This document shows, one piece after another, positions 27,001 through 37,267 of a stretch of 64,000 bases of DNA. The DNA is from a virus, in the IMG/VR virus record IMGVR_UViG_3300011113_000238, positions 1-64,000 of that record, one strand, 5' to 3'. Position numbers and translations under genes: made by a program. How positions within the stretch are numbered: the stretch's first letter is position 1; every line of letters starts with the position of its first letter. The notes beneath the pieces were generated by a model. It had not been told where the DNA came from, ran no database searches, and saw only the letters and a list, made by a program, of their open reading frames with translations.

Positions 27001-28104
27001 GATATTGATGCTGTTCAATTCAGAGAAGCACTTGATGCTTTAAACAAATTGACTCCAGCGTACAAAGCCTATGAATCTGTGTTAGCTAACTACGGTAAAA
27101 CTGTTGCTGATTTGGAAGCACAACGCAAAGCTACTGCTGACGAATACAACATTGACTTTAAGACTGACGAAGAGAAGGCTGCGTTGCAATCTCTAAGCAA
27201 GTTCAAAAAGTCCCTTGCTGATTCTGATGCGGATTATGAAAAGGCTATAGCTGACGCTAAAAAGTTTGAAGGTTCACGAGAGTATCAAGGTATGATTGAT
27301 GCTGCACAGGATGTGGCAGATCGTCGTAAGATGATTGCTAAGGATGTGTACGACAGAGAGAAATACTTGCAGACTCAGACTTATCAAATGTACGCAGCTG
27401 GTTTCGATGCACTGAAGAACTTATCCAAGAGTTTCGGTGAAGCTGTCGGTGATCAGTTTGTTAACTTTGCTAAGACAGGCAAGTCTTCCTTTGAAGATTT
27501 GACTAGCAGTTTTGGTAACATGGTCAAGAGTATGATCTATGATCTCATTAAACTGCAGATTCAGAAGCAAGTATCTGGTTTGTTGGATATGGGTATTAGT
27601 GCAGCTGTCGGTTACTTCAAAGGTAGTTCGACTACTGGCTCTAGTCAATATGCTCTGACCTCCGGTGGTTCTGGTTTGGCTAGTATGGGTGGTGGAACTG
27701 GTCTGATTGCTCAAGCTAACGGTGGTGCATGGAACAATGGTGTGCAAATGTATGCCAAGGGTGGTGTCTTTGATGGCCCTACAATGTTCGGACACTCCGG
27801 TGGACTAGGTGTACTTGGTGAAGCAGGCGCAGAGGCTGTAATGCCCCTTAAACGCGACGCAAACGGTTCTCTGGGTGTAGCTGTTACAGGTGGTAGTTCT
27901 TCCGGTTCTAACGTGGAAGTTGTCATCAACAACTACGGCTCCGAGAAAGCAACAACTACTGAAACTACAGATAGTCGCGGTAACCGTAAAATCAATGTTA
28001 CAATTGGCGAGATGATTTCTGGTGAAATCGCTAGAAGCGGTAGCGCGGTTCAGAAGAGCATGCAGAGTACATACGGTCAACGACCACAACTAATTAGACG
28101 ATAA
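24022..28104 (+). CDS. Tape measure protein
   Basis: 1360 aa, helical; QIGDVAVSLAAGQNPLTVLLQQG lambda TMP motif; GEAGAEAVMPL C-terminus. Confidence 0.95.
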   Translation: MELSELKFAVNTAELKEAVDLLGKVQQRTSELGKAQVTQEKAAKKAAKSQTEVGDAAEDTEKKISPLEKLLQKLNNQYGDLVKGFTKGEAAILQQARSYGAAEDALQPFIAELEKIKELTKDPFDASVGAIRSVSAEFDRLNQRAELAQRGISLSTKQLSEYSRISAEVKGKVLELGMDPKSAAGVEKFNQLLAENRNEYLKVAAAANALEQAESLRNKTLRDNERLLAANLQAQATMMNDAVKLYQNSEADKAKALANRMRMEATAGDNAVQLFYKNEQQKQKALEARMKAEATMMDSAVVKYYTMQSKTNGKADVQSVREREQAIKRLAVEESRMTSVLNTLNQVQDKNVEVSEKAARSVANYERNLAKAGITGEAAAAKLDTYRKQQSAIQKIEEDRQGKFLTRALQPQIGDVAVSLAAGQNPLTVLLQQGDQIRGLIAQTGVQGEALRAVMRNAFTDTIKSVKDTAVAMSSVLGGALMTLGNNVLGLVTGPFTAFKASMDAGATASGSFKDAIAALNVAFIKLVGNPVVAALVAIAVGLTTLGIAAFQVSKQEDALSKSLALTGGSMGLNKESAIAYANSLNDIGISTSKAIDVIQAMAKEGGFLSKEISLVATTAVKMQKDAGVAIEETVKHFAKLKDKPVDALIELAKASGLISTTSIEAVIALEKQGDKAAAVALAMKISADTQIAQSNRIKTELSSLGEVMNWFSKSWTGMWDAIKGTQYSTPIKEQLQGDLIKTQQEITRVQDNLKLLEKFGIKGDPKLLNQLNATADAFSKQLQDIDAKSAAEKKLTEEQSKGAEVLKDKMRFEKEYKEKQEALDKATYTRQQAINAAIEQEAKLRKAAGGALSASEVATISTTAGREWDKSKASENKKAENKAQRELNESIERYNDILNKSSGYNKEFNDAILSLMIARDAGKKSQEQYNEAVNHLVKQQPFYIQQEKEAAEVAKKRADNQEWLNSVMGRSEGLTKDYTQGTERLMQMLGSGDIDAVQFREALDALNKLTPAYKAYESVLANYGKTVADLEAQRKATADEYNIDFKTDEEKAALQSLSKFKKSLADSDADYEKAIADAKKFEGSREYQGMIDAAQDVADRRKMIAKDVYDREKYLQTQTYQMYAAGFDALKNLSKSFGEAVGDQFVNFAKTGKSSFEDLTSSFGNMVKSMIYDLIKLQIQKQVSGLLDMGISAAVGYFKGSSTTGSSQYALTSGGSGLASMGGGTGLIAQANGGAWNNGVQMYAKGGVFDGPTMFGHSGGLGVLGEAGAEAVMPLKRDANGSLGVAVTGGSSSGSNVEVVINNYGSEKATTTETTDSRGNRKINVTIGEMISGEIARSGSAVQKSMQSTYGQRPQLIRR

Positions 28105-28113
28105 GGAGAAAGC

Positions 28114-28479
28114 ATGGCCTACGCTTACGTATGGCCTGCAACCCTACCGCAGTTCCCTGATACTAACTACACTGAAACAGGTGGGGTAAATGTCTTGAGA
28201 ACTGCGACGGATGCAGGACCAGCTAAACAAAGAAAGCGCGGTAATAAACCGCAAGTACTTCAGCTTACATTTACAATGAGTAATACCCAAGTTCCAATCT
28301 TTGAGGATTTCGTTAAGAATACTCTTCAAGGCGTGGCTAGATTTGGGTGGACTCATCCTCGTTTGCTGACAGTAGTTGAAGCACGGATCATTCCTCAGAG
28401 TGGTGGTGATTTGTATACCCTGAGTTACATTTCACCCGTGAGGTATTCAGTGCAACTTCAAATGGAGATTCTACCGTGA
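28114..28479 (+). CDS. Distal/minor tail protein
   Basis: WPATLPQ...DAGPAKQRKR...FGWTHP; follows TMP. Confidence 0.75.
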   Translation: MAYAYVWPATLPQFPDTNYTETGGVNVLRTATDAGPAKQRKRGNKPQVLQLTFTMSNTQVPIFEDFVKNTLQGVARFGWTHPRLLTVVEARIIPQSGGDLYTLSYISPVRYSVQLQMEILP

Positions 28480-28997
28480 GCCGCTTAGGTACAATGTCAC
28501 CTGCAGCGATTCGGGCGGTATTCTCCCCTGAATCCGATAGTGATCTGTACATGCTGTTGACGATCTATGACCCTAGTAATCCAAGTAACGTGATTGCTAG
28601 GTTGTCAGATGGTTATACTCAGCGCATCAGCGAAACAGATGATGATGTAGTCTACGGTGTAGTTAGCCGAGGTGAGAGCTTTGTGTTCTTACCTTTGAAC
28701 ATCTCTCTTCCTACTGAAAGTGATGATCAAGCACCTACCTGCAGTATTACAATCAGTGATGTGACTCGTTATATAATGCCGCTGATACGGCAGTTGAACG
28801 GTCCTCCAAGTATTAAACTTGAACTGGTGCTAAGTAGTACACCGAATGTTGTAGAAGCATCATTCAGTGAGTTCTACTTGACAGGAATCACGTATAATGC
28901 TGAATCAGTCTCTGGTAACCTTAGTATGATCAACTATGATCTGGAGGGGTTCCCGACACATTCATTTACACCATTTTTATTCCCCGGATTATTCTAA
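28476..28997 (+). CDS. Minor tail protein (DUF1833/gpL-like)
   Basis: LPTESDDQAP, FTPFLFPGLF end; position. Confidence 0.75.
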   Translation: MSRLGTMSPAAIRAVFSPESDSDLYMLLTIYDPSNPSNVIARLSDGYTQRISETDDDVVYGVVSRGESFVFLPLNISLPTESDDQAPTCSITISDVTRYIMPLIRQLNGPPSIKLELVLSSTPNVVEASFSEFYLTGITYNAESVSGNLSMINYDLEGFPTHSFTPFLFPGLF

Positions 28998-29022
28998 ACA
29001 ATCAACGTATGAAAGAACCGAC

Positions 29023-32000
29023 ATGCAACTTGCAAAACAAACAAAAGAGCTAAATGTAGAGAAGTACGTCGGCATTAAGTACGAGGTAAACGGTCGTGAT
29101 ATGCAGTCCGTAGATTGCTATGGGCTTGTTTACCTGATCTACAAGAACGAACTGGGTATTACCCTACCCAGCTTTGCAGAAGATGGTATTGATGCTAATC
29201 GCACTCAAGAACTAATCGCGCAATATAAAGAAGGTTGGGAACCTTCCGCTAATATCCAAGCTGGTGATGTGGTCATCTTCCGCATCCTCGGTATTGAAGC
29301 TCATATTGGCCTTGCTATTGACTCCGAGCGGTTCATCCATGCTCGTATTGGTTATAACTCCGCTATAGAGCGCTTTGATAGCTCCAAGTGGAAGACTCGG
29401 TTTGTTGGTAGTTATAAGTACAGTCCAAAGAATTCCGTAGTACTGAATGGTATCCCGCATCCGTTGCGTACTGAGCGCATTACTACATCTATTCCTGCAG
29501 GTACTAATGTACTGCAGTTGCAAGACTGGGTACTGAAAGAATACAATATTGCAGAGAGCTATAAACCTCTGCTGAATATCTTTGTTAACGGTGTAAGAAT
29601 TCCTGAAGAAATGAAGGGTGTTACCGTACTCAAGGATACTGACGTAGTTGAATACCGAGTGGTCGCCCAAAACGATGGGGGTCTGCGCACTGTACTCAAC
29701 TTGGCAGTAGCTGTAGCTGTAATTGCGGCTACTGGTCCCGGTGGTTTTGCAGCTACATGGGGAACTGCTGTTAATAGTGCATTAGGTTTTGCAGCAACAA
29801 GTGCTGCCGGTGGTGCTATTGTCAGTCTAGGTCTAACTGCAGTAGGTATGGCGCTTGTAGATGCTGTAGCTCCTGTACGTCAACCTCAAGGTTCATCTGG
29901 TTCTGCAAATAACCCCGGATCAGCTGAGAGTCAACTGATTATTAATGGCGGCGCTAACCAAGCAACACCGTATGGTGCTATTCCTTTTGTACTGGGTCGT
30001 GTGCGATTGACTCCACCATTGGGTGCCAATACATATAATCTGTTTAGTTCTGATGGTAAAGAATCCTACCTGCGTATGTTGCTCGTATGGGGTTATGGTC
30101 CGTTGTTCGTAGATGAAAGTACATTACAAATTGGTGAACTACCGATTAGTAACTACCAAGGTATCACACAAGAAACCTTGACTCGCATCTCCGAACCTAC
30201 TGCGCAAGAAATAGCTAACTTTGATGGCCTATATGGAACTGATATTACGCAGATTGCATCTGGTGTTGAACTAACGTGCGATGGTGTTGCTGGTAGTAAT
30301 TCCGTTCCAGCTGGTCCGTGGTTGAACGCAGTTAGTACTGACGGTTCTGCTATGGATTTTACAGTAGCAATTCACTTCGGACAAGGTTGTCGCAGGATTA
30401 ACTCACAAACTGGTGATAGCTCTGCTGCACCTGTTACATTTGAGATTGAATACAAGTCGCAATCTGCGGTTACTTGGACAAATACAGGTACTCATATAGT
30501 TGGGACGTCTCCTGTCAAGGATGCATTTACATGGACTAAGAAGTTCACAACCAATAGTTCTGCAGAGAACGTGCAAGTTCGTATCCGTCGAATCACCGGT
30601 ACTGGTACAGGTGCTCCTGTAGATAGCACCGCGCAGTATCTGTTTACTAGCACATTGGTTAACACCACGTTTAGTCGCAATACTAAACCTGCTATAGACC
30701 CGATTAACTGCAAGATTGCCAAGACTGCTTTTGAGATTAAAGCATCTGATCAGTTGAACGGTCAGATTGAAGGTATTAATGCAATCTGCTGGACATACGG
30801 TAAATCATGGAATGGTACAGCTTGGGTTGATGGTAACATCAATAACCCTGCTGCTCTGTTTAGACACGTTCTGGAGCATCCTGCGAACCCTCGTAGGGTT
30901 ACTGATGCTGCTAACAAGATTAACCTCGTGCAGCTACAGGCATGGCATGAATACTGCACTGCTAAAGGTTTCACGTATAATTCAGTAGTAGGAGCACAAC
31001 GCTCTGTTCTGGATATTCTCCGTGATATTTGTGCAGCGGGTAGAGCTAGCCCTGCAATGGTTGACGGTAAATGGACAGTCGTAATTGATGAAGTAAAACC
31101 CAACGTAGTGCAGCACTTTACACCGCATAACTCGTGGGGTTTTGAAGGTACTAAAGCCCTTCCTAGAATTCCAGATGGTCTGCGTGTTACTTTTGTAAAC
31201 GAAGATAAGAACTGGCAAGAGGATGAAACAATCGTATATGCGACTGCTAATTCCGCAAGCAACGCAGCGCTACTGGAAAGTATTTCAGTACCCGGTGTTA
31301 CTAAACTAGATCAAGCAATCGATCATGCTCGTTGGCACATGGCTCAAGCTAACCTTCGTCCAGAGCGTTACTCCCTGAACACTGATATTGAATACATTGT
31401 GTGCAATCGAGGTGACAGAGTTAAGGTGATGCATGATGTTCCAATGTGGGGACTTGGTTCTGGTCGCATTAAGAATAGGCTTAGTGCTACAACTTTTGAA
31501 CTGACGGAAGAACTACCAATGCAAGCTGGTGTTTCCTACAGTATCCGAGTGCGTGGTAAATCCGGTGTAAGTACTGTCCGTCAAATCCGAAGCAAACCTG
31601 CGGACGGTTATTATGACGAGATTACACTTACGGCATCAACTACCATTGCCGAAATCGACAATGACGATCTGTTTCTGTTTGGTGAAAATCAGCAGGAAGC
31701 GCAGGATTGCATTGTGCTGTCAATTGAACCTCAAGATAATAAGACTGCAAGGTTGACTTTAGTTGACTACGGTGTGACTTCAAGTTATAATATCTTTAAT
31801 GATTATCGGAATTACACTAATAATATTGCATTTGAATCTCAGATTAGTATTGCACCTAAGTTGCTGATTCAGAGTTTTGCTGACAAGGTTCCTACAATCA
31901 CGGGTATAATCAGTGACGAGCGTGTGATGCAGAGGATTGCTGCTGGTGTATTTCAGTACAACATGCAAGTGTCATATACAAATGCGGCAGAGCTGCCTGC

Positions 32001-33957
32001 AAAGGTTGCTTTCGTGGAATTTCAGTGGGATTATGCCTCTGCTGTGGATGAATACGGTGCTCGGAGTAAGCAGGTCAAGTATAATTTAGGTTCTGTGTTA
32101 ATCCCTGATGTAGATGAAGGTAGTACTTTTAAAGTACGGTGTCGATACGTGGGTGAGGATGGTAGAACTGGTAAATGGTCAACTTATGTCAATAACACAA
32201 TCGTAGGTAAAACTAATCCACCAAGTCAGGTGCAAGGTTTTGCGGCGGTAGCTGACTTGAGTATTTCAAAGATTAAGCTAACTTGGGCAACAAACCCTGA
32301 ACCTGATATTAAAGTGTATGAGGTGCGGACAGACTTCAACTGGGGGTCTACTGCGAATCTCGTATTCAAAGGTGATGCCACTACTTGTGTAGATACTCCT
32401 GCTGCTGCAGGTGCGTCCAAGACTTACTACATTAAAGCCTTGGATTACAGTGATAACTATAGTCTGGCGTATAGCACCGCATCATTCACTGCACAAGCAC
32501 CTCGTAACGTTAGTAACGTGGGTTATATCTTTGCAGATACGTCATTAACTGCTGCTACAGTTACTATTAACTGGAACTTTGACAGTATGAGTACTTTTGG
32601 TGTTAAAGGGTATGAGGTAATATATGAAGGTATCACGCAGTTTGTCAGTGCTAGTTCTATTACGCTACCTGCAAATTGGATAGGTGAAAGAACATTCGTA
32701 ATCAAGGTTGTTGATTTAATGGACAACAAGAGTACTGGGTATATGCTTCAAATACTGAAGCAGAAGCCTAACCCTTGTGGTAATTTTAGAGCACAAGTTA
32801 TTGATAATACAGTAATGTTCTATTGGAATCTACCTGATATTACTACACTACCAATTGATCACGTTCTTCTAAAGAAAGGTGCTACATGGGCAACCGCTGA
32901 AGTAATCGGAGAAAAGAAGGGTGCGTTTACAACTCAGAATGAAACTCAAGCCGGAACATATACTTATTGGATCGCTGCAGTAGATACTGACGATAATGAA
33001 TCAGAACCCGTGTCGTTGACAACTGCTGTTGCCCAGCCACCGGACTTCGTGTTCTTTGCCAACTTCGTGAGTAATTTTAATGCTACCAAAGTTAATGCCG
33101 TGAAGGAATCTAATTCAAATCATTTGGTTCTACCTGTGAATACCTCCGAGACTTTCCAACAGCACTTCACGGATAACGCGTGGGGTACTCCACAAGATCA
33201 GGTTAATGCCGGTTATCCGATCTATATCCAACCAAATGAAGCAAGTGGTTACTACGAGGAAACGTTTGATTATGGTACTATCCTAGCTAGTAGCAAAGTT
33301 ACTGTAGTTTATCAAGGTACTATTGTTGCAGCGCCTGTAACGATTACTACAAGTATTTCAGTGTCAGCAAACGGGTCAACATGGCAAGTATACGATGGTG
33401 TCAGTGAAGTATTCGCTACTTCATTCAGATATATCAAAGTAAAGTTACAAGTTAGTTCGGGAACTGATAAAGGATTATATAGCTTGGAATATCTGTCGGC
33501 AAAACTAGACTCTAAAGTCATTAGCGATGCAGGTAGTATTGCGTGTAATTCATCTGATAGTTTAGGTACTATTGTGAACTTCAGCAAGGATTTTGCCGAT
33601 GTGAGTAGTATTGTAGTTTCGCCACAAGGTACTACTGCTATTATTCCTGTCTATGACTTCAAGGACGTTGTTGCTAGTGGTACGTATTCTGTTACATCCA
33701 ATGTGTGCACAGTCAACGTAACAGGTCATGAGTTGATTACAGGTCAGAATGTACGCATCGGTATCGCAAGTGGTACTGGAGTACTCGGTGTATATACGAT
33801 TACTTCTCACAGTGCTAATTCGTTTACAGTGAGTATGACGACACCTGACACATCAGGTAACTTGAGTATTTATCCTGAATCATTCAGAGTATATCTATTC
33901 AGTACACTAGGCGTTAGATTGACAGCTAACGCAAGTTGGTCAGTCGCAGGTTATTAA
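29023..33957 (+). CDS. Fused NlpC/P60 peptidase - tail assembly - central tail tip (J-like) protein with FN3-like domains
   Basis: GRD...DCYGLV...HIG...FIHA N-terminus; ATPYGAIPFVLG, NNPAALFR and RGDRVKVMHD J-like motifs; start taken as the ATG at 29023. Confidence 0.85.
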   Translation: MQLAKQTKELNVEKYVGIKYEVNGRDMQSVDCYGLVYLIYKNELGITLPSFAEDGIDANRTQELIAQYKEGWEPSANIQAGDVVIFRILGIEAHIGLAIDSERFIHARIGYNSAIERFDSSKWKTRFVGSYKYSPKNSVVLNGIPHPLRTERITTSIPAGTNVLQLQDWVLKEYNIAESYKPLLNIFVNGVRIPEEMKGVTVLKDTDVVEYRVVAQNDGGLRTVLNLAVAVAVIAATGPGGFAATWGTAVNSALGFAATSAAGGAIVSLGLTAVGMALVDAVAPVRQPQGSSGSANNPGSAESQLIINGGANQATPYGAIPFVLGRVRLTPPLGANTYNLFSSDGKESYLRMLLVWGYGPLFVDESTLQIGELPISNYQGITQETLTRISEPTAQEIANFDGLYGTDITQIASGVELTCDGVAGSNSVPAGPWLNAVSTDGSAMDFTVAIHFGQGCRRINSQTGDSSAAPVTFEIEYKSQSAVTWTNTGTHIVGTSPVKDAFTWTKKFTTNSSAENVQVRIRRITGTGTGAPVDSTAQYLFTSTLVNTTFSRNTKPAIDPINCKIAKTAFEIKASDQLNGQIEGINAICWTYGKSWNGTAWVDGNINNPAALFRHVLEHPANPRRVTDAANKINLVQLQAWHEYCTAKGFTYNSVVGAQRSVLDILRDICAAGRASPAMVDGKWTVVIDEVKPNVVQHFTPHNSWGFEGTKALPRIPDGLRVTFVNEDKNWQEDETIVYATANSASNAALLESISVPGVTKLDQAIDHARWHMAQANLRPERYSLNTDIEYIVCNRGDRVKVMHDVPMWGLGSGRIKNRLSATTFELTEELPMQAGVSYSIRVRGKSGVSTVRQIRSKPADGYYDEITLTASTTIAEIDNDDLFLFGENQQEAQDCIVLSIEPQDNKTARLTLVDYGVTSSYNIFNDYRNYTNNIAFESQISIAPKLLIQSFADKVPTITGIISDERVMQRIAAGVFQYNMQVSYTNAAELPAKVAFVEFQWDYASAVDEYGARSKQVKYNLGSVLIPDVDEGSTFKVRCRYVGEDGRTGKWSTYVNNTIVGKTNPPSQVQGFAAVADLSISKIKLTWATNPEPDIKVYEVRTDFNWGSTANLVFKGDATTCVDTPAAAGASKTYYIKALDYSDNYSLAYSTASFTAQAPRNVSNVGYIFADTSLTAATVTINWNFDSMSTFGVKGYEVIYEGITQFVSASSITLPANWIGERTFVIKVVDLMDNKSTGYMLQILKQKPNPCGNFRAQVIDNTVMFYWNLPDITTLPIDHVLLKKGATWATAEVIGEKKGAFTTQNETQAGTYTYWIAAVDTDDNESEPVSLTTAVAQPPDFVFFANFVSNFNATKVNAVKESNSNHLVLPVNTSETFQQHFTDNAWGTPQDQVNAGYPIYIQPNEASGYYEETFDYGTILASSKVTVVYQGTIVAAPVTITTSISVSANGSTWQVYDGVSEVFATSFRYIKVKLQVSSGTDKGLYSLEYLSAKLDSKVISDAGSIACNSSDSLGTIVNFSKDFADVSSIVVSPQGTTAIIPVYDFKDVVASGTYSVTSNVCTVNVTGHELITGQNVRIGIASGTGVLGVYTITSHSANSFTVSMTTPDTSGNLSIYPESFRVYLFSTLGVRLTANASWSVAGY

Positions 33958-33962
33958 CAAAT

Positions 33963-33983
33963 AGGGAGCTTCGGCTCCCTTTC
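33963..33983 (+). terminator. Hairpin/terminator
   Basis: AGGGAGC-TTCG-GCTCCCT. Confidence 0.65.
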
Positions 33984-34003
33984 TATAATGAAAGGGTTTG
34001 CAA

Positions 34004-35980
34004 ATGGCAGATCATAATAAACCAGTGCTAACTAGCACATATGCTAATTTTGTCAGTGAACTTGATGCTAGGTTTGACGATCTATCTCTTGGCCTAGACC
34101 CCGCTGTAACGTCAGCTACGAACCTTCCAGTTAACGCAATCCGTTGGAACTCTGCGCTTGCCAAAGATCAGAAATGGAACGGTTCCTCGTGGGTTGATAA
34201 AAGTAGCTTCTACGTATTGGGTAGTGTAAGATTCAACAATGGAACAGTTGGTGCTCCCAGTATTACGTTTAGTGATGACACTACTACGGGCATCTTCAAA
34301 CCTACTCCAACTAGTATTGCGCTTACTACATCAGGCGTGGAAGCACTGCGGGCGACAAGTGGTAACATCGGAATTCCCGGTACATTGCAATTAAATAGTG
34401 CAGTCAGTATTGATGCAAATAGTAGTGCGCTGACTATGCGTTATGCAGGTGGGGATCAACAATATGGTATTTCCATTAAAGCCGACGCTGACAACACGCA
34501 GGCCATTGGTTTTTTCAATGCCGCCAGTCAACCAGTTGGTCGGATCAGTCAGACTGCTACAAATATTCAAATTTTTGGTTTGAGTAATCTTAGCGTAGAC
34601 AACGCAGTATTCTCCAAAGACGGTTTCTTGACTACAAATTATGTAGTTAACGCACGAAACCCGATCTGGCGTTTTGGCGATTCGCAGTTGGTTGGTATTA
34701 GTTATTTCCAAGGTACTAGCGGTTATCAAAGTGCAGATAGCATTGGCATGCATTTCGGTGAGGCAAATGCAGCAGGTTCTAAGTTTTCGTTCACCAGTGA
34801 TGGTCGATTAGTGACTACCAAGAATATCGTCAGTGGTATTGCTGCTCCTCATGATTCCGGTCAGAATATTACTGTGAATGGAACGGGGACTACAGCGAGT
34901 ACCGCACCGTATCTTACTGTAAACAGCAGAGGATTAGTTGCAGGTAATGGTTCGCAATTTACATCCGGTGGTCTATTATTTGCAAGCTATCGTGATGTAA
35001 GAACTACATCATACATCGGTGGCATTACAATGCGCGTTAGAAACGTAAATGATGTAGTAACTGACCCTGTTCAGATGGAGTTCCGCATTGGACCTTCTTA
35101 CGGTGATAGCTTTGCGAATGCCGGTGATGCTGCACTACCTGCTGCACCGATGACGTTGAGTGCCGGCGGTGTTCTGAATGTAAGTACTTCCATTACAACG
35201 CCTTACATGCAAGGCGTAGCAGCGCAGAGTAACGGTTTAAAAGTAAGCGATCCTGAAGAAACCCCCGGATTAAATCGAGAATTAGCTCATATTACACCTC
35301 AATCAGTTGTTAGGAACATACGTGCTGATTTCGCACAGAGTACTGCAACAGGTACAGGTGGAAGATACGCTGGTGTAATGACTTTCAGTCCATATGACGG
35401 TAAAACTGCATCCGCGGGTGGTCCAAGTTACCAACTTGCATTCGGCAGTAGTCAAAACAACGGTGGTTCTCCGCAACTGCGCATTCGCAACGGTATTGAC
35501 ACTACATGGAACTCTTGGGTTGATGTAATGACACCTGCTGGTGCTATTGTTCACTTTGCAAGGGCCAGTGCTCCTTCTGGTTATTTGAAGGCCAATGGTG
35601 CAGCTGTGTCAAGAACAGCCTATCATGCGCTATTTGATATTATTGGTACAACATTCGGTGCGGGAGATGGGAGTACCACGTTTAACTTACCTGATTTGAG
35701 GGCGCAGTTTATTCGTGGATGGGATGATGGATTGGGAGTAGACAGCTTCCGCATATTCGGTAGTTTCCAATCAGGTTCTGTTGAGAGTCACACTCACGCA
35801 CCACCTGCAGGTTTGACTGGTCCTTGGCTGAGTAATGCATTCAGTGGTGATGGTCAAATTGATAGCAGTAATGTAACTGGTCCTGGTGAACGAAATGGAG
35901 TGTTAGGTAACACTCAGGCTTACGGTGGTGATGAAACTAGACCTCGTAACATCGCATTGCTGGCTTGCATTAAATATTAA
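34004..35980 (+). CDS. Tail fibre protein with C-terminal tail collar domain
   Basis: PAGAIVHFA...APSGYLKANGAAVSRTAY..LF..IGTTFGAGDGSTTFNLPDLR and ETRPRNIALLACIKY. Confidence 0.9.
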   Translation: MADHNKPVLTSTYANFVSELDARFDDLSLGLDPAVTSATNLPVNAIRWNSALAKDQKWNGSSWVDKSSFYVLGSVRFNNGTVGAPSITFSDDTTTGIFKPTPTSIALTTSGVEALRATSGNIGIPGTLQLNSAVSIDANSSALTMRYAGGDQQYGISIKADADNTQAIGFFNAASQPVGRISQTATNIQIFGLSNLSVDNAVFSKDGFLTTNYVVNARNPIWRFGDSQLVGISYFQGTSGYQSADSIGMHFGEANAAGSKFSFTSDGRLVTTKNIVSGIAAPHDSGQNITVNGTGTTASTAPYLTVNSRGLVAGNGSQFTSGGLLFASYRDVRTTSYIGGITMRVRNVNDVVTDPVQMEFRIGPSYGDSFANAGDAALPAAPMTLSAGGVLNVSTSITTPYMQGVAAQSNGLKVSDPEETPGLNRELAHITPQSVVRNIRADFAQSTATGTGGRYAGVMTFSPYDGKTASAGGPSYQLAFGSSQNNGGSPQLRIRNGIDTTWNSWVDVMTPAGAIVHFARASAPSGYLKANGAAVSRTAYHALFDIIGTTFGAGDGSTTFNLPDLRAQFIRGWDDGLGVDSFRIFGSFQSGSVESHTHAPPAGLTGPWLSNAFSGDGQIDSSNVTGPGERNGVLGNTQAYGGDETRPRNIALLACIKY

Positions 35981-35989
35981 GGAGAACAT

Positions 35990-36460
35990 ATGACAAAACA
36001 AGTCTCACAACTTGATACCAACGGTTACTTCGTTGGGGTAACAACTGCAGATGAATCCCCGCTAGAGGAAGGGGTATTCCTTATTCCAGCTGGTACCGTT
36101 GATTCGATACCCCCTTCAATACCGGAAGGTAAACTTGCACGGTGGAATGGTGAGTGGACTCTTGAGGATATTCCACAACCGGAACCTGAAGAACCACCTG
36201 TCGAACCAGAACCGTTCAAACCAAAATCAGTGACAATGCGACAGGCTAGACTAGCTCTGCTTGAAGCTGGTTATTATTCTTCGGTTCAAACTGCTATCAA
36301 TGCAATCGAAGACCCTATTATCCGACAAGCATCTCAGATTGAATGGGAGTACGCAGCTACCGTTGACAGGAATAGCTCGTTTACTCAAGGTATGGCGAAT
36401 GCACTCGGTTTAACCGAGCAAGATATGGATAATCTATTCATGCTGGCATGGAGTAAGTAA
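35990..36460 (+). CDS. Tail fibre assembly chaperone
   Basis: ADESPLEEGVFLIPA and VTMRQARLAL...IEWEYA motifs; follows the fibre gene. Confidence 0.8.
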   Translation: MTKQVSQLDTNGYFVGVTTADESPLEEGVFLIPAGTVDSIPPSIPEGKLARWNGEWTLEDIPQPEPEEPPVEPEPFKPKSVTMRQARLALLEAGYYSSVQTAINAIEDPIIRQASQIEWEYAATVDRNSSFTQGMANALGLTEQDMDNLFMLAWSK

Positions 36461-36823
36461 ATGCAAGAAGTTCTATTAGCTGCAATACTGGGGTTAGCTA
36501 CCCTAGCTCTGTATCTGGTGATCTTCTTCTACCTGTATGTGCTCGTGATGGGTATATACAGGGTTCATCTCCAAGATAGACTGAAGGGATTTCTATTCGT
36601 TCTTTGCGTACCTGCAGTAGTCGTAGGATTACTCTTTGATGTATTTGCAAATCTATTCATTGCTACGTTCGTTTTCTGGCAGTTACCAAGAGAATGGTTA
36701 GTGACCACTAGGTTAACTAAGATTAAATCCAATCCCCTAGAGCACTGGAAACGCAGGTATATCGCGCAATACGTCTGTGAGCACATACTGGACGTATTCG
36801 ACCCGAACGGTGATCACTGCTAA
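36461..36823 (+). CDS. Membrane protein
   Basis: Hydrophobic helices; REWLVTTRL...LDVFDPNGDHC. Confidence 0.65.
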   Translation: MQEVLLAAILGLATLALYLVIFFYLYVLVMGIYRVHLQDRLKGFLFVLCVPAVVVGLLFDVFANLFIATFVFWQLPREWLVTTRLTKIKSNPLEHWKRRYIAQYVCEHILDVFDPNGDHC

Positions 36824-36839
36824 TCGCGCTTAATTACTC

Positions 36840-36868
36840 TTTACTTAACAAGGAAGTAATGATATAAT
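36840..36868 (+). promoter_or_regulatory. Putative promoter for the lysis cluster
   Basis: TTTACT-17-TATAAT with extended TG. Confidence 0.6.
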
Positions 36869-36940
36869 AAAGTACTGTCAATAATTTTACAATCAACATA
36901 GCCCCGCAAGGGGCTTTCTTCGTTTATAAGTGAGTGCAAT

Positions 36941-37267
36941 ATGGAGCTATCCCACCTTTACCTTTCGTTTTCACTGGACCTAATCCCTGTTGTACTCGCC
37001 ATCGTTGCACTGCAGAGATTGTACACAGTTACTGCTGTTAACACTACCCTTCAACTAGCTAGAGCAAGCTGTATTATGCTTGTACTGTGTCAGTTAACTT
37101 GGATTCATTCCTACTTGATGCACTTTCCGTTGATCAATTCCTTGGTGGATAACATCTGGTCATTGTTCAATAGTATTGTAATGCTGATGATCCTTAGTCT
37201 CGTCAGACAGCACAACACCAACACCGATGGTATTGGCTCGCATAGAGATGACTCCAATAGAGGATAG
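36941..37267 (+). CDS. Three-TM membrane protein
   Basis: Three hydrophobic segments; in the lysis region. Confidence 0.6.
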   Translation: MELSHLYLSFSLDLIPVVLAIVALQRLYTVTAVNTTLQLARASCIMLVLCQLTWIHSYLMHFPLINSLVDNIWSLFNSIVMLMILSLVRQHNTNTDGIGSHRDDSNRG

